Shown in pieces: positions 1-12,781 of a stretch of 47,307 nt of DNA; positions within the stretch are counted from its first letter, which is position 1, and each line of letters begins with the position of its first letter. The stretch is from Chiloscyllium plagiosum. Lineage: Eukaryota. The position numbers were made by a program, and so were the translations under genes. The DNA lies in assembly GCF_004010195.1 (NCBI RefSeq), contig NC_057758.1, forward strand, positions 4,966,702-5,014,008. The letters are read 5' to 3'. Below the pieces are notes generated by a model. That model had not been told where the DNA came from. It made no database searches and worked only from the letters and a program-made list of their open reading frames with translations.

Positions 1-1500
1 GAATATCCCTACTACCCTTCCTGTGCAGGGGGACAACATGAGCAGTACTCCAGTCCTCCGGCACCTGACCTGTATTTAAGGATTCCACAAAAATATCTGT
101 CAGGGCCCCAGCTATTTCCTCTTACCTCCCTCAGCAACCTGGGATAGATCCCATCTGGTCCTGGGGATTTGTCCACCTTAATAACCTCTAGCCTACACAA
201 CACGTCTTCCCTACTTATGTCAACGTGATCCAGACTAATCAAACTTCTATCTCTAATCTCAACATTCATCATGTTCCTCTCCTCAGTGAACACTGATGCA
301 AAATTACCATTCAGAATCTCACCCATTCTCTCATGTTCAACATACAGCCTTCCATCGTTATCCTTTCGTGGACCAATCATTTCTCTAGTTCGCCATTTGC
401 TTCTTATATAAGAATAAAATGTTTTGGGATTCTCCTTAATTCTGCTCGCTCAAGTCAATTCATTACCCCTTTTAGCCCACTTGACTCCTCGTTTAAGACT
501 TGTCCTACTATTCCGAAATTCTTCCAAGGCCCGTTCTGTTCTTAGCTGCCCAGACCTTATATGTGCTTCTCTTTTCCTCTTGGGTAGTCGTATAATTTCT
601 CATGTCATCCACGGTTCACGAATCTTGCCCTTCCTATCCTTTGCTTTCAATGGGACATGCCAGTCCTACACTACCTTTAACCTCTCTTTGAAAGCCTCCC
701 ACATCTCAAGTGCGGATTTCCCTTCAAAGAGCTGTGTCAAGTCCACATTTCCGAGCTCCCACATAATTTTGATGTACTTGGGCTTGGCCCAGTTTAGTAA
801 TCTTCACTTAGGACCACTGTCTTTTTATCTATGAGTATTCTAAAACTTACAGAATTGTGTTCACTGTTATCAAAGAAATCCCCCACCGCAACTTCTACCA
901 CCTGCTCTGGCCCGCTCCCCAGTACCAGGTCCAATATGACCCCTTTCCTCGTCGGACTATTGACATAATGCTCTATCCCTCAACCAAGTCTCATTCATAT
1001 CCGTAAAATGATACTCAAAGGTATTAATTCAAGCTCTAAATTCACCTGCCTTAACCTTTAAGCTTCTCGAATTAATACAAATGCATCTCAGACCACCTGT
1101 CCCTTTGTGTTCATCGTGTACTCCCTCCTACTCCCTCACTTAGTCACGCTGACGTTAATATCTCTTTCCTGACACGATTTAGTTACTACCTCCTCATTAT
1201 CTGCTAACTTCCTTACGTCGTTCCCACCCCGGTGTCACATTCGTTTAAAGTCTGCGCAACAGCGTTAGCGAGGGGACACTCGAGGACATTAGCTCCAGTC
1301 CACCCCAGGTGTAGAACGCCCAATTTACAAAAGTCCCAGGTTCCTCACAAACGGTGCCAATTTCCCAAAAATCTGAACCCAACACTATTGCACCATCTCT
1401 CAGCACTTCGTTCATCTTTTCTGTTCTTTCATTTCCATTGTGCCCAGCTATATCAGTGCACTAGCCTACCCAGAGCCCACTGGCCCCCGAGGAAAGTCCT
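1..1500 (-). mobile_element. Decayed CR1/HER1-type LINE fragment (ORF2 region before RT, plus ORF1 esterase-like remnant)
   Basis: ORF 12-380(-) contains EILNGNFASVFT and DKSPGPDGIYPRLLRE, typical of CR1-clade ORF2. Minus strand ~1280-1380 reads GFRFLGNWHRL*GTWDFCKLGVLHLGWTGANVL, resembling the SGNH-esterase ORF1 of CR1 elements (DGLHL motif decayed). Confidence 0.85.
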
Positions 1501-1589
1501 TTTTGAGGGAAATGTACCTTCCCAGCAGACCCTAGCTCCTCGCTCTCACTGCTCCCTCTGCTACTGAAAATGAAGGCTGGGAATCGCGT

Positions 1590-2110
1590 AATGTGTCACT
1601 GACTTCCTGAATCTGCCCAAAACCCTCTTCACAATCGACACAAGTCAGGATAATAAGGGAATAATTCCCAACTGCATTGTTGGATGAAAATTCAGCAACA
1701 CTCTGGGAATTCATCATCATGGAAGACAAACAGCCAAAATCTTTGGCATCACATTCACAAATGTCCGCGACATCAACTTGTAACGCTAAAGAGCAATAAT
1801 GTGTGCTCCCCGCAGGATGCACTACAGAATTTTTCAAAAGATACTAAGGCAGAAACCTTCCAAACATACAAGCATTTTCTTCGAGAAGGACATCTGTCAG
1901 TTGACTCCCATGCCACTCACCATCGTGACTTGACAATCTATTCGCTGTTTCTCCAGTGTGGCTGGATTAATGCTCGGATAACCTCCCTCACGGAATTGTG
2001 TATTTACCTACAGCATGCGGACTGGCAACGTTTCAAGAAGGCAGCTCACCAATATCTTCTTAATGGGCAGATTGCGATGAGCAACAAATTATGCTCTCAG
2101 CCATTGTCGT
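1590..2110 (+). mobile_element. Decayed LINE 3' fragment (second CR1/L2-like family)
   Basis: acaagtcagga...ttcaagaaggcagctcaccaatatcttct at the 3' end. The same family appears inverted at ~35380-35810. Confidence 0.65.
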
Positions 2111-2959
2111 CCACATTCCACCAGAGCAGACACAAAAAATAGCGAGATGACTTGGAAAATAGACTCGAAAAGGAAGTTTCAGTTGTATTATATAGTTTTG
2201 AATCAGTAAATTCAATCGGGTTTTAAACCAACAACATAATGAGGACTCAAATCCCTGGTAAATATTCTAGTGAATAAGAGATATTAAAGTTCTTTCTTCA
2301 ACAGTTGATGCAGTTGCACAGAAGAAGGGTATCTGAATTGCAAACATTAAGCCTGATTCTGTTAACAGATGCTGCCGGAGGTGTTGTGAATTCCCAGTAC
2401 TTTATCTTTTTTTTTTATCTGATATAAGCAGTTCTTCCGGTTTGTTTGCATCTGTCGGTTGGGCTGTGAGAAGGTCATCAATCATGACAGCATAGATTGC
2501 TGGAGAAACTCAAGTTTGCAGGTCGGACAACTGAAGTGGAGAGAAATCCGAGTCAGAAGTTTAGGTCCAGTGAACCTTCGCCTGAACTCAGGAGACAAAC
2601 TGTTCCTGGGACTCACCGATCAATGACAGGCTCAATTCTCAATCGCTGATTTAACGGGAGTTTATTGATATAAATGGCAGGTTTTTTGGGATGACATACG
2701 TTTTGGCAATAGAATGAGGAGTACGTTAGTGGGCATTCCAGTTTCTGAAGATGCCGAATGCGTTGGCGGGCGGAGGTGGAAAGGAGGGAAAATGACAAAT
2801 AAAGTCAAGAATTCCATTTTGCAGTAAAATTCTAGACGAAATGATGCAACGTCAGACTTGCTTTTCAGGAGAGAGATTTCGACTATTCAAGTACACATCA
2901 TTGAAAGAAGATTTACTGTTTATGTGAGTCATTACAATGTCAAATTCCTAACTTCGATC

Positions 2960-5210
2960 CATGCATTATTTTAATTTATAGCTGGGATGTGATCATCTTT
3001 GATTGTGACAACACGTTATTACCCTTCTTGACCACTCTATCGACTTGCTTTGCCACCTTCAAGGTACAATTGAACTTAAAAACGAGATCTCTCTGGATAT
3101 CAGTTTTCCCCAAAGCCTTTCCATTTACTGTGTGGTTCACTTTGAAATGGCTCTTCCGAAATGTTCCAGCCGGCATTGCCCGGATTGAATTCGAACTGCA
3201 ATTGTTCTGCCCAACACTACAATCTATCTATATTCTGCTGCATTCTCTGACAGTTAAATTCACTACCTGCTAATCAAGCAATCTTTGTGTCATCTGCAAA
3301 ATTGCTGATCAGACCACTTATACATTTCTATATATATCATAAACAGCAATGGCAACAACACGAATCCCTGTGGACCACCACTGATCACAGTTCGCCATTT
3401 TGAGTAACTCCCTTCCACTACTAATGTNNNNNNNNNNNNNNNNNNNNNNNNNNNNNNNNNNNNNNNNNNNNNNNNNNNNNNNNNNNNNNNNNNNNNNNNN
3501 NNNNNNNNNNNNNNNNNNNNNNNNNNNNNNNNNNNNNNNNNNNNNNNNNNNNNNNNNNNNNNNNNNNNNNNNNNNNNNNNNNNNNNNNNNNNNNNNNNNN
3601 NNNNNNNNNNNNNNNNNNNNNNNNNNNNNNNNNNNNNNNNNNNNNNNNNNNNNNNNNNNNNNNNNNNNNNNNNNNNNNNNNNNNNNNNNNNNNNNNNNNN
3701 NNNNNNNNNNNNNNNNNNNNNNNNNNNNNNNNNNNNNNNNNNNNNNNNNNNNNNNNNNNNNNNNNNNNNNNNNNNNNNNNNNNNNNNNNNNNNNNNNNNN
3801 NNNNNNNNNNNNNNNNNNNNNNNNNNNNNNNNNNNNNNNNNNNNNNNNNNNNNNNNNNNNNNNNNNNNNNNNNNNNNNNNNNNNNNNNNNNNNNNNNNNN
3901 NNNNNNNNNNNNNNAGGAGACATGTGACTTCAATTTCTCCACTTCCCTACCAAGGGGAAACCGATTACACAACTCACTGAAGTGCATGTATATACTATCT
4001 AAATACCTTTCCTCATCAAACAACTTTGTCACTTCGTCAAAGAATTCAATTAAATTGATATAACATGAATTTCCCTCGACAAAAAGAGATGCCGTTTACT
4101 GTTAAGCCAATTTTCTTTCAATCCTAAATACATCCTCTGCCTCAGTAAATATTTCAGCATTTTCCCCACCACTGACAGTACCTTGACCAGTCTATAATTG
4201 TCTTGATTATCCAATCTACCCTTCTCAAACAGAGGGACACCATCGTAATCCTCCGAAACTCCCGGACCTCATACATGTTTAAGGATGCTGGTAAGATATC
4301 TGTTAAGGCCCCAGTTATTTTCTATCTCGCTTCTCTCAGTAACCTGGGATAGAGCCAATCAGGATCTGAGGACTTAGACACCATAATGCCTTTTGCAAAA
4401 GCCAACACTTCATTCCTACTAATGCCGATTGATCTCGAGTAAACAAACATCTATCTTTAATCTCAACATTCGTAATATGCCTTTCCTTAGCGAATACCGA
4501 TGCAAAGTATTCATAAAGATTCAGATTCTTCGTATAACTGAGTGGGCTTAAACTTTGTTGTGTTACCCTCTTATTCCTTTCATACAAATAAAAAGCTTTG
4601 CAATTTTCCTTGATGCTGTTTGCTCAAGCTATTTCACGACCCTCTTTCGACCTCTTAATTCCTCATTTCAGATTGCCCCTACTTTCTCGATATTATTCCA
4701 AAGCATAGCCTGTTTTCAGTCACCTAGACCTTATGTTTGATTCATTTATCCTCTTAGCTCGTCTCACAATTTCACCTGGTTCCCACATTTGTTTTCGATT
4801 TCTAGTCCTAAATTTCACAGTTACGCGTATGTCCCGCACTCTACTCAATCTCTCTTTAAACATCAAATGTGGATTTACCCTGAAGCAGCTGCTCCCAATC
4901 CACAATTTGAACTTCTTCTCTCTCCTGAATAAATAATCAATATCCTGGGATATCGAGATGCCATTCTTGCCCATCCCTCAACCAAATATTACTAATAGAA
5001 ATAGCATCATAATCCCAGGTCCTAATTCAAACTCTAAATTCGTCTTCTTTGCACGTTAATGCACTTCTTGCATTAAAACAAATGCACACTTCAGGCCACC
5101 TGTCCCTTTGCGTTCGTCATGTGCTCCACTTCTCCGCAGCCTTCATCCACGCCAATGGTCAGGTTGACTTTATTATCGCGTTCCTTGCAGGTTTTAGTTA
5201 GTACTTCCTT
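2960..5210 (-). mobile_element. Decayed CR1/HER1-type LINE spanning the first N gap
   Basis: Minus-strand peptides YEYFASVFAKE, TVNGKALGKTDIQRDL and KVAKQVDRVVKK, plus a PQGS-like RT motif near 3355-3385. 4300-5200 is homologous to 100-1230. Confidence 0.8.
3428..3914. other. Assembly gap (487 N)
   Basis: Run of N. Confidence 0.99.
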
Positions 5211-6999
5211 ACTGTCCATTAATCTGATCATTTGGTCCCAATACATGTCCCCCTCAGATTCACTCCGTGTCTTTGTATTTGTATCTTCCTGTGTCTCAGT
5301 CTCTCTGCTTCCATATTGCTGCATGCACTTTTCGCATTGAATGTCTATTCCAGTTCTTCGAAGTCACTGTGTTATATCACCCCGTTTTCACCTATTTCTG
5401 CATGTCTTCTTTCCTCCTCTTTGTGTCTCCGCGTGTCCAACTGTATCTATCCATTTTCTGATTTTGGTTTTCCTCTCTAAATCACAATATGTCTTTTAAT
5501 TGATGTCTCATGTGGAAGAATCATTGAAATCAATTTTCTTCACTCGAGACAAACATCACTATATTTGTGTTTTCCCTTTAATGTTTGATATAGATTTAAG
5601 TTTTAATTTCTAAGTTGACTGCTAACTACGTAGAAATGTTTGGATTATGCAGCAATCACCATCTTTACGGAGTTTGAAATTCTGATTAATAAAGCAGGGT
5701 TGACCAAGAAAACCTTGCTTGATATTTGGGTAACACAGAAGTCCAAATATTCGCCTTGCCGAAGAATGCAGTTGCTGCATATATCTCTGGATGCGCTTTA
5801 TCTTATCCTCACCATTTATGTTCATATCATTTAGGTGCATTTTCACACTTATTATGTCTTGTAAGTAATTGCAAACCAACATTTCATACTGTCATAATGA
5901 TTCATATCATGGAAAAAAAATCCTTTATTCCAGTCGACTGCATTCATTTAGTCAGCTGGTTCTCAATCCACGCTCTTCTCCATGAGTCCTTGTTTTATTG
6001 TCAGATTTATGTGCAGTACATTAACAAATTTCTTTAGAATTCAATAATGTCACATCTACAATTTTCCTTTTTGTCCTGCTTGTCACCTTCACAATAAATT
6101 CAAAAATTTTGGCAGGAATGATTTCCCCATCGTGTTGCCATGGGAAAAATACTCGATTTCATTCAGGATTTTAATGTGCTCTGCAAAGCGCAATTCAAAG
6201 TATCAGTTCATTTTTAAACATGTTTCTTTTATTCATGCTTTAAATGAAATAATTCGGTAATAAATCCAAACATCACTGTGCTTTCTTAAGAGTTTGGGAA
6301 GAACAGGACATACAGCAATTAGAATGTTTATTTATAGACGCACCATGATTTCAATTGGCAGAATGGTCTTCCCACTATTTCGTAAATCAGCCTAAAATTG
6401 TGATTATAATAATTATTTTAAACGCTTCCCGGACTCAGAACCAGTACAATAACCCGGTGTTAAATGCTTTCCAATGACTCCCAACATAATTGCAAAATAA
6501 AACTGTGAGAGACATCAATTAAAAGACACATTGTGTGATATTTCGGGAAAGGCAGGCAGACAAACCTCATAATACTGGGTGCGGTCTAGTTTTTTAGGTA
6601 AGAATGTGATTGTTATCAACACAATTTTTGGAGAATTTCCATTCTGTCGAAGTACATATAGGCAAAGACTTATGGAAGTTAAAATCTTCCCACTGTTTGC
6701 TCTCAGTGTTTAATATATCCGATCAAGCAACCTTCTTCTTCAGTACATGCCGCGCGTCATACTTTCCAGTTTGTACATTGAATTCATGTGTTTGGGGTAA
6801 GATGTGAGTTCTGGGAGAGAAAGACGATGTCAAGTCAATCTTCACAATTTCCCGTGGCTTCCACAGGATATGGCTGTTTGCCAAAAATAATGTTGAAACC
6901 AATATTAGGTAGCGAAGCACATGATTTTCAGTACATGAAAGACATGATTAAAGCCAATGATGTTCCTGACATCATCTTTAACCAGTAGCATTCAGCTCA

Positions 7000-7100
7000 A
7001 TTTTCTAAAGAAGAACTATTGGACCTGAAATGTTGAATTTGCTTTCTCTCCGCAGATGTTGTCAAATCTGCGGAGTTCCTCCAGCAATTTCTGCTTTATT
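7000..7100 (+). mobile_element. Decayed short PLE-derived repeat; related copies near 2360-2590 and 41985-42250
   Basis: ttctaaagaagaactattggacctgaaatgtt...cagatgttgtcaaatctgcggagttcctccagcaatttct, homologous to the 42020-42110 sequence, with a decayed CTGANGA..GAAA arrangement. Confidence 0.5.
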
Positions 7101-7640
7101 TCATGTCTTAACGTCCCCTGTTCTTTTGCTTTTTTTCTGATTGGTAACGTTTTTGCTGCTGTGAAATAAATGCAGCAGACACACAGGAATTTACAAGGAA
7201 ATGATTTTTTCAACAAAGTTCGATAAATCAGTCAACCTTTCTGCTAAACTTAGCCAAAGGATAATTCGCGGATTCCAGCGAGTATCCCTGCTTTTCTGAG
7301 ATGCACAAAAATATAGAACTAGACTGATTCTGAACAAAACATGTATTGTGCCCCCGAGGTCAGCATTCACGGGATTTTGATCAAATGATGTCTCAGTTGG
7401 TTCCCTCTTTTGAAATAAGATCTTGTACATTTTTTTTATTCTAAATGTTCTTTTATTAATTTAAGCAGACTATTTCTTACTAACTAAGAAAGATGTAAAT
7501 GCAGGTGGCAAAGCTCAATAGCTTTATGACAAAACGAAGTAGTACTGTTATATTATGAGCAGTTTTGTATGCATGGGATAGGCAGGCGGGGATATCCTGC
7601 ACCACGTACGAGAATTCATCTGTATGAGTAGAACTGAACG

Positions 7641-7643
<3 letters not shown>

Positions 7644-7673
<30 letters not shown>
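7644..7673. repeat. (TA)n microsatellite
   Basis: About 15 TA units. Confidence 0.95.
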
Positions 7674-7676
<3 letters not shown>

Positions 7677-9300
7677 GGTAACCTTGTTGGTTTTTCTTGT
7701 TGATCCTGCATGTGAAAAGGGGGAATACCTGAAAGCAGAATCTGTGTATTTTCAAGATCCAATTCATTTGTCTGTGACTTGTGTCGTGTTAATAATTTTA
7801 CAGCCTCGAAATTCACCATCAGTATCGCAACAAACAATTTCCTTTTCAATGTACAATGCAGATGATCCCTCAGTTAACCTGATTTCCTATTTAGACGAGA
7901 ATAGTGAAATGTTCTCATCGTGTCCAGCAGAGAACGCCATGGTTGTAATTCTTCTCAATGCTTTCCTGGACACGTTGCATTCTTCAAAAGTTTTTCATTG
8001 AAACAGAAATATAGAGTACAGGAAAATCTTTAAAGGGCAGCGTGGTCGTAATAATATTAATAATCAAGTGAGGAGTTTCTGTTGTGTGATTGAAGACTAT
8101 TTTCTTCGCCTGTAATTACTGTCTCCATAGTGACTCACGCAACATTAGTTTCATAGGCTAAATTTAGGTTTGAGATTCAGGTCCTTAAATCGCTAGCGAG
8201 GCATTACCAAAACTTTCAAAAGGTGAGCATGAAGATAACTCAAAATACCATGAAATGTATGGACTGTATTCCATGGCTGAGGGCTACTATGAGATGAGCT
8301 CTGGAAGAAAGCAAATAGAGAGTAGCAAGGTTTAAAAGTAGGATTAAGGAGATGATTCAGGTTCTTTAAGTTTTGATGATGAATCGTGTAAGTCTCATAA
8401 TTTTATTTAATTGTAATGATTCAAGAAAACGTTTATTCCAAATCAAAACTGTCTACGCACGAGACATTTCTCAACGTGCCCAAGTGAATAAATAAGGGAC
8501 GGTAATGAATTATTCCATTCTCCAAGAAGTCTTAACTTCAACATTCCAATTATTGGTTGGCAGCGAACATACATAGCTGTTCCTTCATTTACAGATAATT
8601 CAACATCATCACGAAAATATATGGGCATGGTGCTGAGTCATTCACCTTTTCTCCTTAACACAGTGTTTCATAGCTCAGCCCTGTTGCAATGCTGGTATGA
8701 CCCATAGTGTGCTCCGAAGACACACATGTGTCTCTTTTTTTATTTCATTCTGTTATTGATTCCCTGCCTGCTAAGTAAATTTATGTGAAATCCGGTAGCA
8801 ACAATAAAACACGAATAGGTGCAAATCGATCAGAAAGTTTCATTTGCAAAAATTATACTTTATCTTGCAACCCATAGCATTGATGGCGAATCTGTATTTC
8901 AAGATACCTTCATCAGGAGAGTGAGAGAAGATAAATCCCGAACAGTGAATTGCAGATTCTTAAATACAGATGCTGAGCCTTATCGTTTTTGGAGACATTC
9001 GTTTCCTGGCCATCCAACAGTGAATGCGATCCGTATAAGAAGAGATGGCACCTCACGACCTGAGTTTATGAATGACCTATTTTCACCTAACTGAGAACTC
9101 ACGACAGCACTTTTTGGATGAGAGTTCCTCAGGTCGAATCGACAGGTGCCACCACGTATTGCTGCACTCCCATACCCAAAGTGGCACAGCTCGGCGTCCG
9201 CCCTCATAAAACAATTTTTATTTGAACATCGCAGGAAACACAAGATTATTCAACAGTTCTCAATACAGACTGTGGCAATATAATTTGTCTTGACATGATT

Positions 9301-9630
9301 TCAATGTTCTTTACATAGTTTGTTTTTCTCACATCGGGTGTCGTATTCTTGAAAATCGTTTTTCATTTTTGCTCGTTTTGTTTGTTCTTGTTTTACAAGC
9401 AGGCATCGTTTCTCTCGATGTACCCTATTCAGAGTACTCATAATCTTTGTTACGTCTGTCTGATCTTTACTTCGCCAATTACTTCTGTATTCTTCAAAAT
9501 CTATATAATACTTTCTAAGAGATGCGATAAACAATGTTCACGTCTCGTTTCTCCACCACCTCCTGTGTGCATTGATGCAGCCTTGAGTTTGGATGGTACT
9601 CGGTGCTTCCGTGCGCAATTTGCTTAAACC
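9301..9630 (-). mobile_element. Highly decayed CR1-type LINE 3' fragment
   Basis: Minus peptide VTKIMSTLNRVHREK resembles the CR1 ORF2 C-terminal VYKIMxGxDRV segment. Confidence 0.55.
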
Positions 9631-11015
9631 ACTGTTGATTTGTCTCCAGCACATCTGTAGTCGAGTTGGGCTGCTGGCAGAGGGTGGCATGATAATTCAT
9701 TAATGCTCAATAATTCATTCGCTACCAAGAGGAAACATCTCTTGCAGCTCTCAGTTGTTTCTGAAATGACTTCAGATATTTGAAATAATGACCTGATCAG
9801 CAATTATTTGCGTGGACGATGTTACCACTCAGATATATAGCGTAATAATAAACACAAAAATACAGAAACGCACAGCCACACATAAACACAGACACAAACA
9901 CAAACACAGAAACACACGCACAAACCGACGTACCCATTCACACTATCGATTCTGATTTAATCTCAATATGCTGAACCTATCATCCCTGTCCTAACGTACA
10001 TAAGTTGTTTATCCCCTTTAGAACATGGCCCATTTGTGTGTCTGTCTCTGGAGATGCAATTCCATGGTGGAGAAATCAAAATTGTTCTATTTCTGGAATT
10101 GATATGGTTCTTTTTCACCTCATAATTCTCAATATCATGGCTACAGTCTCACTTATATTTGCCTGCTCCTATTGCTTTCCCTGTGTATGACCTCCGTTGC
10201 TCAGTCTCATTCTTATCCCCCCTTTATTGGAGATTTTTCTTCCATCACAGTGCTTTATCAGAGTCTCGTCTTCATTGTCAGCTTTCGTGGTGGTTCGAAT
10301 ATTACTTATTGCCTCTGTGTATATGATGTGGTAATAGAATCTGTGTTGGGAATGTAATTCAGTTGATTTCTCCAGTATATTATTTTGAAACAATTGTTTT
10401 TCTACTGCTGCACCAGAAACCTAACTGAGTTCAATATACAAAATCTGCCTTGCTGACTGCAACGTAGCTTCCAGTGTTTTTTTTTAATCTGAATTTCATA
10501 ATAACATGCCTAGTAGCAGCACATCAACCGGCCTTTGCTTCCCTCCTTTTCAGATATCCTGCAAAGGCAGTTAGAATCCATTTCAAAAATTTCAACTGGG
10601 AATCAACATAAATTAGTTGGCATCTCGAAAGCATTAAACAGCAAGACATTTCTAAGAAATGTATGAACTAATCTGAATGAAAAATACGAATTAACTGCGA
10701 ATGCGAACGGATTGAAAGTCACGATTTTGAGATTACAGAGAAGAGCAGCGCATGTTATTTACTGTCTCTGGCTCCAATTGTGGCAAACGCTAAGCCAAAG
10801 TTGGAGGATGTGAGAGGTACCGCAGGTTTTGGAGTCCGACTTTCGCCCATGTGTTTCATAGAATCACCCACTTCGATAATGTTATTAAAGAGAGGCATGA
10901 GGGTATGAGATAATCTGTTTGTTCACTGAACTGCAACTGATTTGCATGTTGAAACTACGTTGTCTCGGGAGATTCACAGTTGGAATAAATGGAGAACGAT
11001 TTGACAGTGTCACAG

Positions 11016-11036
11016 AGATAAGCAGAACTATTAAAA
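11016..11036 (+). promoter_or_regulatory. Candidate core promoter of the GPCR (GATA site plus TATA-like box)
   Basis: AGATAA at 11016-11021 and TATTAAAA at 11029-11036, about 70 bp upstream of the ATG. Motif match only. Confidence 0.3.
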
Positions 11037-11105
11037 CCTGTTACAGAGCTCAGCAAAACGAGTTGGAGCTAAATTTCTGTGATTATATTAGTTTCTCAAA
11101 GAGAA

Positions 11106-11175
11106 ATGCATGAGCCGACCATTGCTCCAGTCTTCGCGATTTTGTATCCAATTCTTGCCATCGTTGGTGTCCCTG
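11106..11175 (+). CDS. GPR139/142-like orphan GPCR, coding exon 1 (MHEPTIAPVFAILYPILAIVGVP plus first base of Ala)
   Basis: ATG at 11106, hydrophobic first half of TM1, consensus donor G|GTAAGT at 11175/11176. It splices in frame to exon 2, restoring the TM1 G-x-x-A-N motif (GVPAN). Confidence 0.88.
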
Positions 11176-12781
11176 GTAAGTACCAGATGATAAATACTTC
11201 ATTGTTTTTCTTTAAAGTTAGTTCTCAGCAATTATGTCTGTTTTACAGGTTTGGACTGAATTGTTTTCCCAGTCAACGACTGTAACAAAGTTGTAACGTG
11301 TTCCATGGGAATCAGTGCAATTAATGTTATAGTGAATCATTGTGTGTTAACTATTATCCTATTTACTATGTTACACATTCCTAAAAATATCTTCGACTGC
11401 CTTGTTGAAATATTATGTTTATCTGTGATATTATTGGAAGAAATGTATTCGATAATTGAGAATAATGTTTCAATATCATACATTACAGTGCAAATTTCTG
11501 ATTTGAGTTTGTGGAATAATATCACAATAGACAGTCATTTCAAACAATATCTGCATCAGTTGTATGACAGCATGGGAAAATTAAGAATAACAGGCCAATA
11601 ATTACACTAATGCATTTCAAAATGAATACACCCTATTTTTTATTTGACTTTACATACAACACATTGAGGGATGTTCATTTCAGTATAGTGGATTCACACT
11701 GCCCACCTCCTAATGGCAATGTCGAATTATGACTTAAATCTAAAATCACTTAAACGATTTGAGAGAAAATGGCAGATTGTTTTGACTTGTTATGCATTTG
11801 TTTTCTTCCTTTGAAATGTTGTTTAATTAGGGAAATTATATTGAATATATGCAAATACTTTCTAAAACATTTAGAAGTTTTGAGCATCTTTTCCTAAAGA
11901 TCAACAACTAATGCTCATTATTGATTTCAAGTCATGTTGATGGAGTTCGCTTGTTCCTTGTTGCAGTTGGTATGGGGGTGATAGTGCTGCTTCACAACAG
12001 CTTTAGTGGATGTGTTATCCAAAGATCCAAGAAGATATTAAGGTAGACGACCCAAGCATTTTTGGAATATGATTGACCATGAAGAGTCTTAAGTGGGAAA
12101 TGGACACTTCAACCACACAAGAATGCATGGTTTATATTGTTGCTTTAACCAAAATCAATGAAACTAATCAAATGAGAGATATCAAGGCAAGATGATGAAA
12201 GATTTAAGTTGTAGGGTTGTGCAATGAAATGACGGAAATATGGAGCTGCTTTGGAATGAATTTCAGAAATTTGGTGAAAGCAGCTAAAGGTGCATCCTTA
12301 AAGGAAGAAGTGACTAACATCAGGCATAGGCGGGAGAGCAGCATTTGAGGCTGTGAACACACGTGACTCCAGAGTATTTCCTGAAATTAATTACAATTGG
12401 ACCAATGGGGTTATCGAAATGCACACATTACCATAAAGAGGTCAGGTTAGAATAGACAATAGACAATTAGGGGATGTAAGGCCATTGGTATGAACAAGAG
12501 CATGGCAAACAACAAGTTTGGATGATGACAGGTTGCATAGTCATCGTTAGGGATTGATTTAATAATCGTGAGTGAGGTTAGTGACTTGGACAGGTTGCAA
12601 TAATTCGTGTATAATATAATCTGTTTTGGATGTTGAACAGCTATAAGTAACTGTGGAATTACACCTGCTTATCAGTGACACAGCGCCGAACAGAAACAAT
12701 GTAATACAAACTTGAATGTAACACTATCTAGCATTTGTTAATATCTCAGAAAAAATCTACCTCTGTTTGTATATCCAATAG

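Noticed and set aside
3318..4032. Long ORFs spanning N runs (also 23005-23772 and 29151-29698)
   Set aside because: Artefacts of translating assembly gaps.
7480..7767. GPCR TM7 pseudogene fragment (KLLSFATCIY)
   Set aside because: The resemblance covers only a few residues, and no other GPCR helices are nearby.
8893..8920. Minus-strand CTGATGA..GAAA hammerhead-like motif
   Set aside because: Stem II is weak and there is no compatible stem III or cleavage site.
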